A stretch of DNA of 64,000 nt from Takakia lepidozioides (GCA_030704615.1 JAKLZA010000356.1:4905-68904), one strand, 5' to 3'; positions 22,675 through 36,790 are shown, counted from the stretch's first letter. The notes: a model not told the origin generated them from the letters alone. Translations and numbers: made by a program.

Positions 22675-24922
22675 CACCTTGAGGGGCCGCCTATGGATGA
22701 TTACCATGAGTTCAGGCGGGGGAATGAGGTTGAGATCGAGGAGTGGAGGATGTACTGGTCACCCGACTATGTCTCCATCACTAGGGGCACTAGAGCCATG
22801 AGGGCAGTGGCTACACCTGCCGCTGCACCGGCAGCTTCAGCAAGCAGCAGTGGGACTGGTGGTACAGTAGCTGCGACGTCCACCCAAGCCACTACCGCAC
22901 CAGCACTAGCACCCGTGCCTGCCTTCAACCCTGTTGTGGAGTTCTTCGAAGAGTTGAGAGGGAACTACCAAGGGGTGAGGACAGAGAAGTTGCGGAGCTT
23001 GCAAGAGTTCCAACGGAAGCCGACCGAGAGCTTGAGGGAGGCTTTCACTCGCATGAGGCGCTTGATAAATGTAACCCAAGGGGTTACGGAAGCTCAGGCA
23101 GTCCAATTCTGGTATGGGATATTGGACAAGGAGCTGAGGAGAAGGGTGCGGGATGCAACTCTCCTACAAGCGGCCCAACCCACCTTAGCAAATGTGTTTT
23201 TGCTGGCAGAGCGGATAGAGCTCAACATGGTGGAGGAACGAGTGGTCATGGTGGGATTTGCTAAGGAGACACCACGGGGTAGTGGTGCTCCTAGCCAACC
23301 ACTACCTCAACGTGCTCAAGGCAACAAGGGGGCTCAGGTGAAGCTCAGGGAAGGGCAGAGAGGACCTCAGATGCAGGGGTCTCTCCCTTCATTTGCTGGC
23401 CAACAACGGGCGGATGTGGTGTGCTGGACATGTGGAGGACCCCATGTCAAGAAGGATTGTCCAGAGGGAGGCAAAGGGCCGGCACATGCACAGCCTGCAC
23501 AGTTACAGTGTGGGCATTGTGGCAAACACGGGCATGGAGAGGCTCAGTGTTATGGTTTGCATCCTGAGTTGCGCCCAGGCCAGTTCCAAGGGAACAATGG
23601 TGGCCGGGGGCGAGGTGGAGCAGCCCAGAGGGGACGAGGTGGCCAGCCACGAGGCCAAGGGCAAGCTCAACGTGGCCAAGGACGCGGAGGTCAGGGTGTT
23701 GACCAAGGCATGGCCAACCGGCTTCAGCAGCTAGAGCAGAGGCTCGCTGCCATGGCTACAGCTCAGGTGGTACCGGCTCTAAGGCCGGATGGTCCACCTC
23801 CTGCTCCTGAGGGAGGAGATATGGGAGGCATGGGATTCATGTGTGGAGCAGCACTACCACTAGTGCAGGTGGAGTCTGCTGCAGCCGTGACTCGAGGAGC
23901 AACACGAGTTCCTGAGCCACGAGGTGCAGAGGTGGAGTTGGATCCACAGCGTGGGGAGGCAAGCCGTCAGGCTAGGCTTCCTCAGTCATTCACATTGGCG
24001 GAGACAGTGTCGACGCCATCCATGGCACCTAGTTCTCGCCCGACTGTTACCGAGGCGGAGGTTACTATGCCATTGGGGTGAGCTACACGGGTAGCACCAC
24101 TACCTAGTGTTGCCAAGGCTACGGCAGCTAGTGTGCTGCTAGGAGCGGCCACATCTGTGTGCCAGGCTCCATTGTTCTCGGCTACCATGATTGTGACGCC
24201 GGGGGTAAGACCAGCTGAGGTGTTCAGGCTGGCAGCTACACTCTGTGAGAGTGGGGAGGTTACTTCATCTTCTGCGGAGATAGTAGGAGGTGTAGTGCCG
24301 GAGGGATCCTCGGATTTGAGGGTTAAGACTGCCACGGCGGCGCCATGGCAAGCTGCAGCTGCCAGGTTGATGGAGCTGCCAGCTAGGCCAGCCATTGAGC
24401 ACGCCATGGTGACACCTGGAGTTGTCATGTTAGACAACCAGGATGGCATTTTCTGTTTGAGTGGACCGGCAGGCAAGAGGTACCGGCCACTGCGGGTCTT
24501 GTTGGACTCGGGAGCTCAGCCATTGATGCTGGGCAGAGCTGCTATTGCAGGCTTGGGCCTCACGGAGGCGGATATGGAGCCTTGTCCTTTCCAGATACAG
24601 ACGTCTTTGGGAGGATCGGAGCAGGCTCGGGGCATGACACGGCGTGAGTTGGCTATCAGACTACGGCCGGATCACCCTATAGATGGCTCAGTGATGCGAG
24701 CCAAGGCCATTGTGACAGACGCAGTCTCATACGATGTCCTGGTTGGTGGGGCAGTGTTGTACCCTATGGGCTTCACCCTGGATTTTTGGGAGGAATCAGC
24801 TTCCTATAGGCCTGCATGGCAGTCAGGGGAGGGCCGGCGTGTGCAGCTCCCTGTGACGTTCATAGGAGGAGTTGCGGTTGCCCAGCGAGGCAAGATGCCG
24901 ACACTAGCAGCATTCACAGGCA

Positions 24923-26200
24923 GTGAGTTGGCCTAGAGAGTTGCTTGAGGGCAATGCTCATTCAGAGGATGTACCACCTCCGGGAGAGCAGGATGATATG
25001 TATGGTATGGCGGAATTGCCTACCATGGTTGCTCAGACTCCATTGTGGGGCACGAGCCAGGATTTGCAGCGGGATGCTGATCGACGGGTGCAACAAGCCT
25101 GGGTGGAGGCTTTTGTACCGTCAAGAGAGGAGGAGAGTGTGGGGATTGCACCAGGACCACCTCAATTGTCTCCATTGGACACCACACCTATTGTGTGGCA
25201 GTATCCGGATGAAGGCATTTGTCTTCTGGACTTGTTTGGCGGGATCAGCATCGGATTGGCTGTTGTGTTACAAGCAGGTGTACGAGTTCGGCATTACCTG
25301 TATGTGGAGAGGGATGAGACTGCACGACGCATTTCACTTCGCCATGTTGCTCAGTTGGTGCAGCGGTACCCTGAGTTGTTGTCGGTGTCTGCAATTCGTG
25401 GATATCAGCAGGCCTTGCCAGCAGACATTTCGTTGCTGGGGGCGCAGGATTTGGAGCGGGTTGGCTCCATTGATCTGGTAGTGGCAGGTTGGCCCTGCCA
25501 AGGGCATTCATCAGCCGGGCATGGCAATGGATTGCGAGACTCAGGTCGGGTCTGTTTTGGGAGATGGTGCGGGTTTTGCGCCACTTGCAGCTTCATCAAG
25601 CTGTATCTCCAGCATACATCTTGGAGAATGTGCCACTGATGGGCGATTCTCGGGCCAGGGTGATGGCCAGTGTGCATCAAGTCCGGTCGTGGCTTGGGTC
25701 AGCAGTGTTGCTAGATGCAGCTACAGTGGGGTCACGAGCTCATCGTCCACGGCTATGGTGGACTAACTTGATGCCACCCGCACTGCTCAAGCGTGCATTT
25801 GATGGGGTGCAGCGGCCAGCACATCTCACAGTGGATAACATTCTGGACACAGGGAGGCAGTCTCAGCGTGTGAGACACGATGACTGTTCGCCTTTGGCAG
25901 TGGTCAACAAGGTGGGTCAACCACGGGCAGCATTACCTACACTGCTCAGCTTCCCAGGATCGCATGCTTTCCGGGATAGTGGACCTGGCCTCCTGTGGGA
26001 TGCTCAGTTGCAGCAGGTAGTGGAGCTGACGAGCGTGAGCGGGCAATGGGTTTTACCACTGGTACCACGGCGGTGTCGTCTCTTTCTGAGGCATCACGTC
26101 GTCAAGTGTTGGGGCAAGCAATGGATCTCAATTGCTTGACCTGGATTATCAGCTTGGCTCTAGCTGAGCAACGCAGAGTGCGGAGTACACTTCCCTCAAT
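24923..26200 (+). CDS. C5 cytosine methyltransferase domain, Gypsy copy B (frameshifted)
   Basis: LLDLFGGISIG, AGWPCQGHS, YILENV, RAHRPRLWW, ERERAMGF. Confidence 0.9.
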
Positions 26201-26456
26201 GGTCTCTCTGCCTACCGAGACGGTTCAAGCAGTGAGTGGGGGCGAGCATGTGAGGACCACGGGGTGCATGCATCCATGGCACACGTGGGAGGTGCTCGAG
26301 GGTCAGAGGGAGTTGGCAGCCAAGGCGGCTGTGATAGATGAGGTTGGGGATTCTTCTCGGGTTGAGGAGGTCCTCAATGATGAGATGATGGGGCAGGATG
26401 AGGTCTTGTCATTGACTGAGCAGGCAGGGAGTACTGCTCAAGAGGTTGCAGCATAG

Positions 26457-29400
26457 CAACCACGGGACGCGTTCTCTACCTCTAAGCCCACTGGACTTAA
26501 GGTTGTAGTTACGGAGGACAATTGGGAGCCTGACATTGGACCCATTGTCACGGAGGAGAGAGACGACGTATACGGCGGTTCCTGAGGGCTTACAGGAATT
26601 GCTTTGCCTTCAGTTTGAAGGACTTGGGAGCACTGAAGGGTCAAGAGATCCGTATTGAGTTGGCCACTGACACGCCAATCTTTCGGAGACCCTATAGATA
26701 CAGTGACATGGAGAGGTCTTTGATTCAGATGAGGACTCAAGATCTCTGGGAGGCAGGTTTGGTGGAGCTCTCTGGTGGAGAGTATGCTTCAGCCACAGTG
26801 ATGCCAGCCAAGAAGGATGTCTATGGCAATTGGACGGAGAGACGTATGTGCGGTGATTACCGGCCTGTAAATCGTCAGACCAAGTCCGATAAGTATGCCA
26901 TGCCAACACCAGAGGAGATCTTTGATGCCATCGGGCATGCTAAGGCCTTTAGCACTTTGGATTTACGATCCGGATATCACCAGTTGCCAATCAAGGAGGC
27001 GGACAAGCAGAAGACGGCATTCTGGGGGATCAATGAGCACGGCAAGGATTGCCTATACCAGTGGCGGTTCTTACCATTTGGGCTTAAGAATGCTCCTGCA
27101 GAGTTTCAGAGAGTCATGGATAGGATTCTAGCAGGGGTGGACTTTGCTCGGTGCTACATAGATGACATCATCATCTTTAGTGTTACGATGGAGGAGCATG
27201 AGAGACACCTTCAGGTGGTATTGGAGCGCTTGAGAGCGCACGGATTGAAGTTGCATCCGGGGAAGTGCAAGTTTTTCCACAACCAGATTGAGTATCTGGG
27301 TCACATGATATATCCTGGAGGATTGGGGGTACAGCAACTAAGGTAGAGGCCATTGCACAAATTCCACGCCCCACGGATGTGAGCCGAGTTCGAGCTTTCA
27401 TGGGGTTGGCAAACTATTATAGACGGTTTGTCAAGGGATTTAGTACCATTGCAAAGGCTCTAACCAAGCTGACCAAGGTGGACCAGGAGTGGCAGTGGGA
27501 AGATGAGCAGGAACGAGCTTTTCAAGAGCTCAAGGCGAGGTTGACCTCGGCGCCTATCTTGAGACGACCTATCAGGGGGCGTCCTTTTCAGCTGCATACG
27601 GATTGGAGCATGCTGGGGCTTGGAGCGGTGCTCACACAGGTGGATGATGAGGGAAGAGAGTTCGTAGTGGCTTACGCTAGCCGCTCGAACAACGCTGCAG
27701 AGGCTAAGTACAGCTCATATGAGGGAGAGTGCTTAGCTGTAGTGGGGCCGTGGCACACTTCAGGTGCTATCTATACGGCAATCTTTTCACCCTTGTCACG
27801 GATCACCAGCCACTCAAGTGGTTGATGGAGTCAGACAAGCTTACGGGGAAGCTTGCACGGTGGGCACTTATACTCCAGGAGTATGACTTTCAGGTTGTGC
27901 ATCGACCGGGTTTGGTCAATCGGGATGCGGATGGATTGAGTCGCAATCCATGCATGAGCCAGCAGGATGACACTGGAGCTCGGTGGCATGGGAGACGGAC
28001 GAGGAGATGGTGCCGGGATGGCACGCATCTGCATTTTTGTGTATCTTGGCATCGGGAGGTCAGATTGGACCTACAATAGGGATGACTGTAGACGGAGTGT
28101 CTGAGGACCCTGAGGCTAGTGATGAGCTAGGTGGTGCCAGAGATATACATGAGGATTCGGCTGTGTTGGACTACCTCCGCACGGGAGACACGGCAGCCAT
28201 TGTGACTGCCAGGGAGAGGGATCGGATCCTGCAACGAGCCAAGAGGTTCAAGTGGGAGGGGATACACCTACTTCGAGTGTGGGAGAATGGTCGGGTGAGG
28301 ATTGTGCCTCACCCCACACAGCGTGCACGGTTAGTGCGGCATGCCCATGAGGAGTTGGGGCATTTTGGAGTGCGACGCACTCACAGTTTACTGCAGGGGC
28401 AGTATTGGTGGCGTGGTATGCATACAGAGGTGCGACAGTTCGTGGCTAGGTGCATGGTGTGTGACAGGGTGCGTGCTTCATTCAACGCCCCTACACCACA
28501 GTTGCATCCTTTACCAATCATGGGATTGGGCTACAGGTGGAGTCTTGACTTCGCAGGACCGTTGCCACTGACTATGCGCCACCACAGATATGTGTTGGTG
28601 ATGGTGGAGCACTTCTCCAAGTGGATTGAGTTGGTTCCATTGCCTGACAAGGCTAGTGAGGGGGCTGCGTATGCATTCTTGGATCGTGTGCTTAGCCGAT
28701 TTGGTGCTCCAGCTGAGGTACTCACGGACCAAGGGAGAGAGTTTTTGGGGGAGTTTCAGGCTTTGTGTGATAAAGCCTTGATAGACCACCGCACCACTTC
28801 TCGGGATCATCCTGAGGCCGATGGCTTAGCAGAGAGAGTTGTTCAGACGGTGAAGAGGGGTTTGCGCAAGTATGGCTTGCAGAAAGGACACCTAGGAGAT
28901 TGGGATCTTCAGGTTCCTTGGTTAGCCATGGGCTACAGGTTCAGCAAACAAGCATCACTTGCCTCCTTCTCACCATATTTCCTTCTCTTTGGCCGAGAGC
29001 CGGATTTGCCTGCAGCCATTCGTAGGGACACTGCTCAAGTCCTTAACCTTGACGATCCGGACGTGTGGGTACGTGCATGTGATCAGCGTGCAGAGTTGTT
29101 CAAGAAAGTCATGCCCATGGCTTTTGAGAACCTTGCCATTGCACAGCACCGTGATACGTTGAGGTATGCCACTATACGTGGTGGAGGATATCGTCCTGGG
29201 GTTCGGAGGTTTAGCCCTGGTGACTATGTTTATTTGCAGCAGACTGCTCCTACGACTCTGGATGTTACTGCAGGGCGTGTTATTCTGAGGGTTCGAGAGG
29301 TGTTGCCCTCAGGGGTCCTGATCTTGGAGGGTCGGGATGGCATGACTTGGAAGGACCATGTGCGTAATTGTGCGCCATGTCACCTTCCCAATGTCGATGG

Positions 29401-29587
29401 CAGAGTTGACCCAAACTTGGCAGTGGTACCTGCAGGTTTGAGGTGCATGCTTTGTGGGTCTGCCAAAGGGGCAGCCACCATGCTGGTGTGTGATCGATGC
29501 TCAAGGGGTTGGCATATGGGATGCTTGACACCACCTCTTGAGAAGGTTCCTGACGGAGATTGGTTGTGTCCACACTGCTTGGGATAG
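26457..29587 (+). CDS. pol: RT-RNase H-integrase-PHD, Gypsy copy B
   Basis: Same motifs as copy A; integrase and PHD are continuous in the 534-aa ORF 27983-29587. Confidence 0.93.
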
Positions 29588-29847
29588 TGGCAGTGGACAT
29601 GACTGGAGGCAGCTAACAAGACATGGGAGGCCAAGCTCATAGGAGTCAATACATGAGATCCCAAGCTCAAGTTCACAGGTTGCAAGACGGCGACTAATGA
29701 TGGGGCAACTCTTGCACCCGGCCTCTTGATCTATCGAGTTTGAGTGTAGTAGGGATAGTGGTGGAGGACTTAGTGAGGCTATGGTCACTATCACATCTTG
29801 TGGCTACCTGGACTTAGAGGGACCTAAGCACCAGCTAGGGGGGCGAT

Positions 29848-30364
29848 TGTGTGGACTAGTGACTGCCATAGTGGGCAGCATAGTGGCAGCCTAGTGACTG
29901 ACTAGTTGTAGCCTAGTGGTTGGACTAGTGGCTGGACTAGTGGTGGACTAGTAGTATACTAGTGTGTGGTGTGCACATGTGTTGTGTGGTTTTGGACAGC
30001 GATGTAGTTGTGTAGCGATATGTATGCGCACGACAGCTGTCAAGTTATTTTACCACTAGTGTGAAACTAGCTAGGAAATAGCTAGCTTTTACATATTGAC
30101 ATTTGGGATTGGCCCAAGTGTCAATCCAGGGGTCAAGGCAGATTTAGGCCCTGGAGTGGTTATCTTCACGGCAAGCGCATGAGGCTCATCTTTCTCGAGT
30201 TGAGCCTCACCGCGCCTAGCTATGGCGCCGTAGTGTGGATTCCCCATGGCGTGGGGTGCACTTGGCTTGACTTGTATTTGAGTGATGAGGTTATATATGC
30301 ATGAGTTTATGCTTCAGCTTTGTGAGCTCGCATGAGCTTGTGCTTGTATCCTTCTTCTTTATCA
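29848..30364 (+). repeat. Complete 517-bp LTR (TG...CA)
   Basis: Follows the purine tract; begins TGTGTGG, ends TTTATCA; TATATAT near 30292. Confidence 0.85.
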
Positions 30365-30365
30365 T

Positions 30366-30553
30366 TGTGTGGACTAGTGACTGCCATAGTGGGCAGCATA
30401 ATGGCAGCCTAGTGACTGACTAGTTGTAGCCTAGTGGTTGGACTAGTGGCTGGACTAGTGGTGGACTAGTAGTATACTAGTGTGTGGTGTGCACATGTGT
30501 TGTGTCGTTTTGGACAGCGATGTAGTTGTGTAGCGATATGTATGCGCACGACA
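30366..30553 (+). repeat. Second, truncated LTR copy (188 bp)
   Basis: Same breakpoint as 10067-10254. Confidence 0.9.
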
Positions 30554-32677
30554 CCTTTCTTCTGCAACCATAGAACCAAATCCCCCGTCTTAAAAGTTTT
30601 TAACTTGCCTTCATCAAACTGTTCCTTTCGCTTCATCTGAATTTTGGTCATATTATCAGCTGCATCAGCACGTACTTCTTCCACATGGTATAATTCATGT
30701 TTCCTGACCTTGATGGAGTCTTGCAATTCTATTCTTTTTCCCCACTCCGTTCTCATGGTAGGTAACAGGAATTCCACTGGAAGTAAGGCTTCCATACCAT
30801 AAACTAATTGGAATGGTGTATACTTAGTGGTGACTTTATATGAAGTCCTGTTTGACCACAAAGCTGTCAGCAGCTTTGTATCCCAATCCGTTCTGTTTGC
30901 ATTGACTATCTTAGCCAAGATAGTACATAGTATTTTGTTGGTAGCCTCTGCCTGCCCATTACCCTGTGGGTAATATGTTGTACTCTTTCTATGCACAATC
31001 ATAAACTCTTTAGTCAACAACTCAATGGTCTCATTCATGAAGTGACTTCCCTGATCACTGATAAATTCTAAGGGACAGCCAAATCGTGTAAGTATGTTCT
31101 CGTACAGGAACCTTGCTGTGGACTTGGCTGTGTTGTCCCTCAAAGCTTTAGCTTCCACCCACTTTGTAGTATAATCAGTGGCTGTAATTATGTACCTGTT
31201 TCGTGTATTTTTGGATGGTGGGTTAATTGGTCCAACAAAGTCTAGTCCCCATTTCTGAAATGGTTCCGTAGGCATTGTAGGATGCAAGGCCATCCTTCCA
31301 GATCTCTGCAAAGGTCCTAGCCTCTGACATTCATCACACTTCTGACAATACTCGTGTACATCTTTGAACAAAGTAGGCCACCAGTATCCTGCGAGTAGTA
31401 TCTTTCTACTGGTAGTCTCTTCTCCAAAATGACCTCCAGCCACTCCTTTATGAACTTCCGCCAAAACTTTATTTACTTCATGGTGGTACAAGCATCGTTT
31501 TAGTACTCCATCAGGTCTTAACTTATACATTCTGCTTCCTACCATAGTATAAGGTAAAGCTTTGATAGCGATTCTCTTCCTCTGCTCCTTACCATAACTA
31601 GGTGGGCACTGACCATGAGCAAGGTAGTATCTGATTGGCCACTGCCAATCTAACCAGTCATCTGCACTTCCCTGCACCTCCACTGCAAAGAGACTCGCAT
31701 CTGGTAATTGATCATCTATTCCTGTGGCTGGTTCTCCTGTTGACAATCGTGACAAATGATCCGCCACAAGATGCAGTCTCCCAGGCTTGTAAACAACCTC
31801 GAACTCAAACTCGTGCAAGATTATCAACCATCTTGCTATTCTTCCGCTTATCAAAGGTTTGTTTACCAGGTATATCAGAGCCTGGTGATCCACATAGAAC
31901 ATAAACTTCTTGCCCAACAGGTAATGCCTGAATTTCTTCACTGCATAGATCATTGCCATCTTTCTGTTGTGCTATAGTTCCTTTCAGCACTGTTCATCAA
32001 CCGGCTAGCATAGTACACACGTGAATCTATATTCCCTGTAACATTCTGGGCTAACACCGCTCCCAACGCTTCTCCTGATGCATCGCAGTGAACATGGAAT
32101 ACTACATGCCAGTGAGGGTTAATCAGCACAGGTGTAGTTGTTACTGACAGTGTAAGTTCCTCAAATGTCTGTTGACATTCAGCTGTCCAGGCAAACACTG
32201 CATCTTTCTTCAGTAGTTTGCTCAATGGTGCTGCTATTTGTGCATACCTTTTGACAAATCTCCTGTAATAACTGGTTTGCCCAAGGAATCTCCGTAGACT
32301 TTTAACATTCACTGGTGGTGGAGAGGCTTTAATGGACTCTGTCTTTCTGGGATCCACAAGGAGTCCCTTCTTACACACAATGTGTCCCAGAAGCACCCCT
32401 GAGTTCACACAGAAAGTACACTTCTCTGGATTCAGGCCCAGACCTCTCATCCTGCATCTGGCCAAACATAACTCCAATTTATGCAAGTGCTCACTCTTAG
32501 AGCTGTACACACTGAAATCATCCAAGAATACCTGCATGAAATCATCCAAATACTCATGAAAAGATTCACTTATCACTCTCTGAAAGGTCGCTGGTGCATT
32601 ACAAAGTCCAAAGGGCATGACTTTGTATGCATAAGCCCCCCAGTCTGTGATGAAAGCTGTTTTCCCTTGGTCTTCTT
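30554..32677 (-). mobile_element. Second Gypsy family fragment, copy B
   Basis: Near-identical to 10255-12377 with the same junctions. Confidence 0.92.
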
Positions 32678-35600
32678 CTAGGGGTTGAGACTTGACCCTA
32701 TGTTTGTGAGTGCCTTGAGCGCATGCTTGCCCATAGTGAGCAAGATTTTTGTCGCTAAACAAGGAGAAGCAAACATAAAAAAGCTTACGGTTGGAGCGAA
32801 AAGTGCCTCATTCTTCAATTAGAGAACCTTATCTCGTGAGGGCGGGAGTCCTTGCATAAGACATAATAGTCTTATAGCATCCCTTTAGGCACGATAGGCG
32901 CACTTTGTATGCATTTGTCTTGGTTTCCATTGCATTTGTATTTGGGTCCTAACCGGCCCCCCTTAAAATTTACTGTGTCTTTTTCCAGTATTTTTTTTTA
33001 CTTTTTGTTACCTTTGCAAGCCTTTGTTGACCACCCTAAACCCTAAACTCTTTTTTCCATGGCGGAACTAGCAGGTAACAAACGTCCATGTCCTAGCTTA
33101 GGCGTCGGCCCTTCTCATGCATCCGCGTCTTCTTCTTCTAGCATGGATATCTCCATTCCTCCCCCTTTGCTTGCATTTGTGCATACATCGGTCAAGGAAT
33201 TCAAAAGTCTTAGGCATGAGCATGAAAAGACTTCCAAGTACCTTCAGAAATTGCAAGTGCAATTCGAAGAAGGCACCATACCCAACTCCCTTAGAATGAG
33301 TCCTCCTAAACTTCAAATAGGAGATCCCGAGGCCCAATCCGTCCTTGATGCGAGCCTGGCCGAATGCACAACCGCATATCGGATCAAGTGCTTTGAAGCA
33401 CTCATCAAAGCCCAAGAATCTCGACTTGCTAGCTTGACCCACAAGCTCGAGCAATCGAAACCGGTCTTTGAGACTCGCCTCTCGGATTTGATTTCGCCTT
33501 TACGATCCTTAAATTTGATAGGTGACAAGTCTAAGTCTTCCATCGAGTCGTGGCATCTTCATCTTAGCAATCTCTTTGTTACTCATGTAGATGCATTTCT
33601 CATTCACAAACAACTTTCCGACGTCAGCAAGGCCGCGGCTATCGCCGCTCGCAACGTTGCTCGGGAAGGTGCTATGGAAGAAGCGGAGACCCTCCCTGTG
33701 GAACCGTCCATTGCTACCCTCGTGAAACGCGAGGTGGTCAAGGAAGTACTCAAGGAGGTGAAGAAGGTGGTGAATTCCATCCAGGTGAAACCTAAGGCCC
33801 AGAAGCTTGGGACCAAACCGGCTAGTAAGCCTAAGGCGAATCCTGGCGGAAAGTCGGGAAACGGCAAGCAGCAGAAAGGTATCCGGGTCTCCACCCGTTC
33901 TGCTGCGTCACCTACCTCTTTCAACAAGAGGTCAGGCCCGAACCGCACAACCGGTTCTGGTACGGGAGGCCGAAAACCTTCAGCGAGGGTCAACGGAAAA
34001 CCGGCCACGACGAAGGGTGCGACGACGACGACGACGAAGACGAAGACGAAGCGGCCATACGTACCTCCTCACAGACGCGGGGGCGCACGAGGAGTCTCTT
34101 CTGGTACCCGCTCGTAGACCCGAAGGCTTACGCTTTGTTGCTCTTTGCTAGGAAGACTCCCTCCCAAGTGGAATGCAGGGTCACCAACACTGCTATCCAC
34201 AACTATAGCAAGAGGGTTCTCTCCTTTGCGGAGCGACAACTCCTGGGCCTTGGTCTCAATTACATTCCTCGTCCTCTTCCCCCTTCCCGATCTTCAATCA
34301 TCACCGAATTCAACAATTTTGCTCGAAGCTTGAGGTTGCGAACGTCCTTCTCCGGCAAAGACAACGACGAGGTTCCTCTTTGGCGCGTTCCGAATCCATC
34401 ATTCAATCCGCCAGTGGAATCTCAACCGCTCGAGGCCATCATTCGAGAAGGTAATGATCTTTTGTCTAGCCGTTTGGATCGAATCGCCCGCAATGCACGA
34501 CCTTGTCTGCCGAGACACTTGAGACTTGCTCTCAAAAGATTGAGGTCGGATCCGGACCTTGTCATCAAGCCGGCCGACAAAAATCTTGGTCTTGTGCTTA
34601 TGGACAAGTCTTGGCACATGCAAGAGGCGATGCGGCAACTCTCAGACACCGAAGTTTATCGTCCCGTGGATTCCGTACCGTGGGAAGAACTTTGGTCGAG
34701 GTTGGAGGTGCTGGCTTGCCATCCAATCTACAGGTTTGCGATCTCCACCAAAGAATGGAATTACATCCGCCAACGCCCTCGGTCGTCCACGGACTTTCGA
34801 GCTTGTGCTTTGTACTTCATTCCGAAGGTGCACAAACCCGTGCTTGTTGGAAGACCCATTTGTTCCTACAAGAACTACATCTTCGAGCATGCTTCAATTT
34901 GGCTCCATCACCAACTCCTTCCGGTACTTCTCAAGGAACCCACTCATTTGGTTGATTCTCTCACGCTTCTTCGAGAGGTTTCCCAACTCGAGGTCCCCTC
35001 GCATGCTCTTCTTTTTACGTTTGACGTGGAATCTCTATATCCCAGCATCATCACCGAGCTCGGCTTGTATGAGCTCGAATGTGCTATTGGAGGTAATTTC
35101 ACCAAACACAAAAAAGACCTGATCATGACCCTCGCTGGATTAGTCTTGAAACACCATTACCTTGAGTTCAATGGTAGTTTTTGGCACCAAATTCGCGGGA
35201 CGGCCATGGGGAGCAACTTTGCAGTTGTTTACGCTTGTTTGTTCCTCTGTCGGTTGGAGATGTACATGGAGTACGTGTGCCCATCGGAGCAAGAGCTGCT
35301 TTATCTTAAGCGCTATATCGACGACGGCTTTGGCATCTGGGTAGGCTCCGAAAAGAGCCTCCGGTCCTGGTTACGGAACTACGGTTCCATGTTCGATGGC
35401 ATCAAAATCACGACCGCCATAAGCTCGACGTCCGCCGACATCTTGGATATCACCTTCCTCAAAGGAGACGACTTCATCCAAACTCGACGGCTCTCTACGA
35501 GATGTCATCAAAAGGCCCAGAACAAGTATCAATACTTGCCTTGGTCCTCGTGGCATCCACATCACCAAAAGAAAGCTTTCGTCATCGGCGAGCTCCAACG

Positions 35601-36346
35601 GTACGTAATACGAGAAAGCACCATCCAAGGGTTCAACCATTTGCGACTTTTGTTTTACAAACGTCTTCGAGCCCGAGGTTATCCGGCGGCGTTCATCCGG
35701 AGTTGCTTCACCAAGATCTCCTACGACCTCAGATCCGCTCTACTCGACCAACAGACGCAACGCGCAGTTGAGGGTAAACGGGCCCCCCTTGTTCTTAAGC
35801 TCGACTACTCTTCGTACACTCGAGCCTTGAACTTGGGGCCACCCTAAACCCTAGACTCCACGAGTTGCTTCAGCAAGTCCCGGAGCTTCGGTTTCTTCCT
35901 CGAGCGATGATTTGTTGGAGGAATCCGCGAAAGCTGAGTTCATTCCTAGTTAAATCTAGAATGATAGGATGATTTTGTAGTGCAAATGTCCCTAGCATTA
36001 TTAATTTTGCCTCTTTGATAGCCCTAGTGTTGATGTTAAAGTCAAAGGGTTCCAACAATTAATTTGGACCATTGACTAATTAATGCAGTCTTGACTTGGA
36101 GGCTAAATTAGTGCTTTAGTGGCATTATTATTGCCTTGGGAATTATCCCATATCGTTTGCACATAGTGAGGGTGCTTTTCTAGTATATAAGGATAGGCTT
36201 GGCTCTTAGGACTTCATCTCTTGGCGTTCCACTGGTGAGCTTGAGCAATCAAGCGAAACTTGTTTGGAATAAAACACCTTAACTCTTTTTGTGTCTCCAC
36301 ATTTAGAGAAGTCGAGAGTCTAGTCCTTGCCCGCCCGGGCAACTTG
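32678..36346 (+). mobile_element. PLE4, left part (ORF1 33059-34117, RT to ~35972); interrupted in its 3' UTR
   Basis: PLE sequence stops at GGCAACTTG and resumes at 49902. Confidence 0.92.
36223..36278 (+). ncRNA. Hammerhead ribozyme (PLE4), probably inactive
   Basis: Core reads CTGGTGA: invariant A6 changed to G at 36235. Confidence 0.8.
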
Positions 36347-36424
36347 AAGGGAAAATTGCACTTTTGACAGTTGTGCTCATGATATTTTGTCTTCCGCTCA
36401 TGCCAATTCCTAGCGACATGTGCA

Positions 36425-36790
36425 AATATGGCGCCGAATTTCGCGGTAATAGGGTCCGTAACCTGAAAAAACGGCGACGTATTTCGCGGCAATAGGTCTC
36501 TCTGGCGAAAAATGGTGCCGAATTCCGCGGCTATAGGTCCCCTCATGACAGGTAATTCGGCGCCATTTTTCCAGTGCATGTTCGGACTTAGCCAGTTTTC
36601 GGCCCAAAAAAGAGAAATTCGGCGCCATTTTTCCAGACACGGTACCAGTGCATGTTGGGACTTAGCCAGTTTTCGGCCCCAAAAAGAGAAATTCGGCGCC
36701 ATTTTCCCAAACACAGGTACCAGTGCATGTTGGGACTTAGCGAGTTTTCGGCCCAAAAAGAGAAATTCGGCGCCATTTTTCCAGAAATGG
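36425..36790. repeat. Subterminal array of AATTCGGCGCC sites (74-bp units)
   Basis: GGCGCC at 36430, 36559, 36621, 36695, 36769. Confidence 0.85.

Larger units (their letters stand above)
22675..30364 (+). mobile_element. DNMT/PHD Gypsy retrotransposon, copy B (5'-truncated in gag, complete 3' LTR)
   Basis: Near-identical to copy A from 2894 onward; TGA at 24079 where copy A has AGA. Confidence 0.93.
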
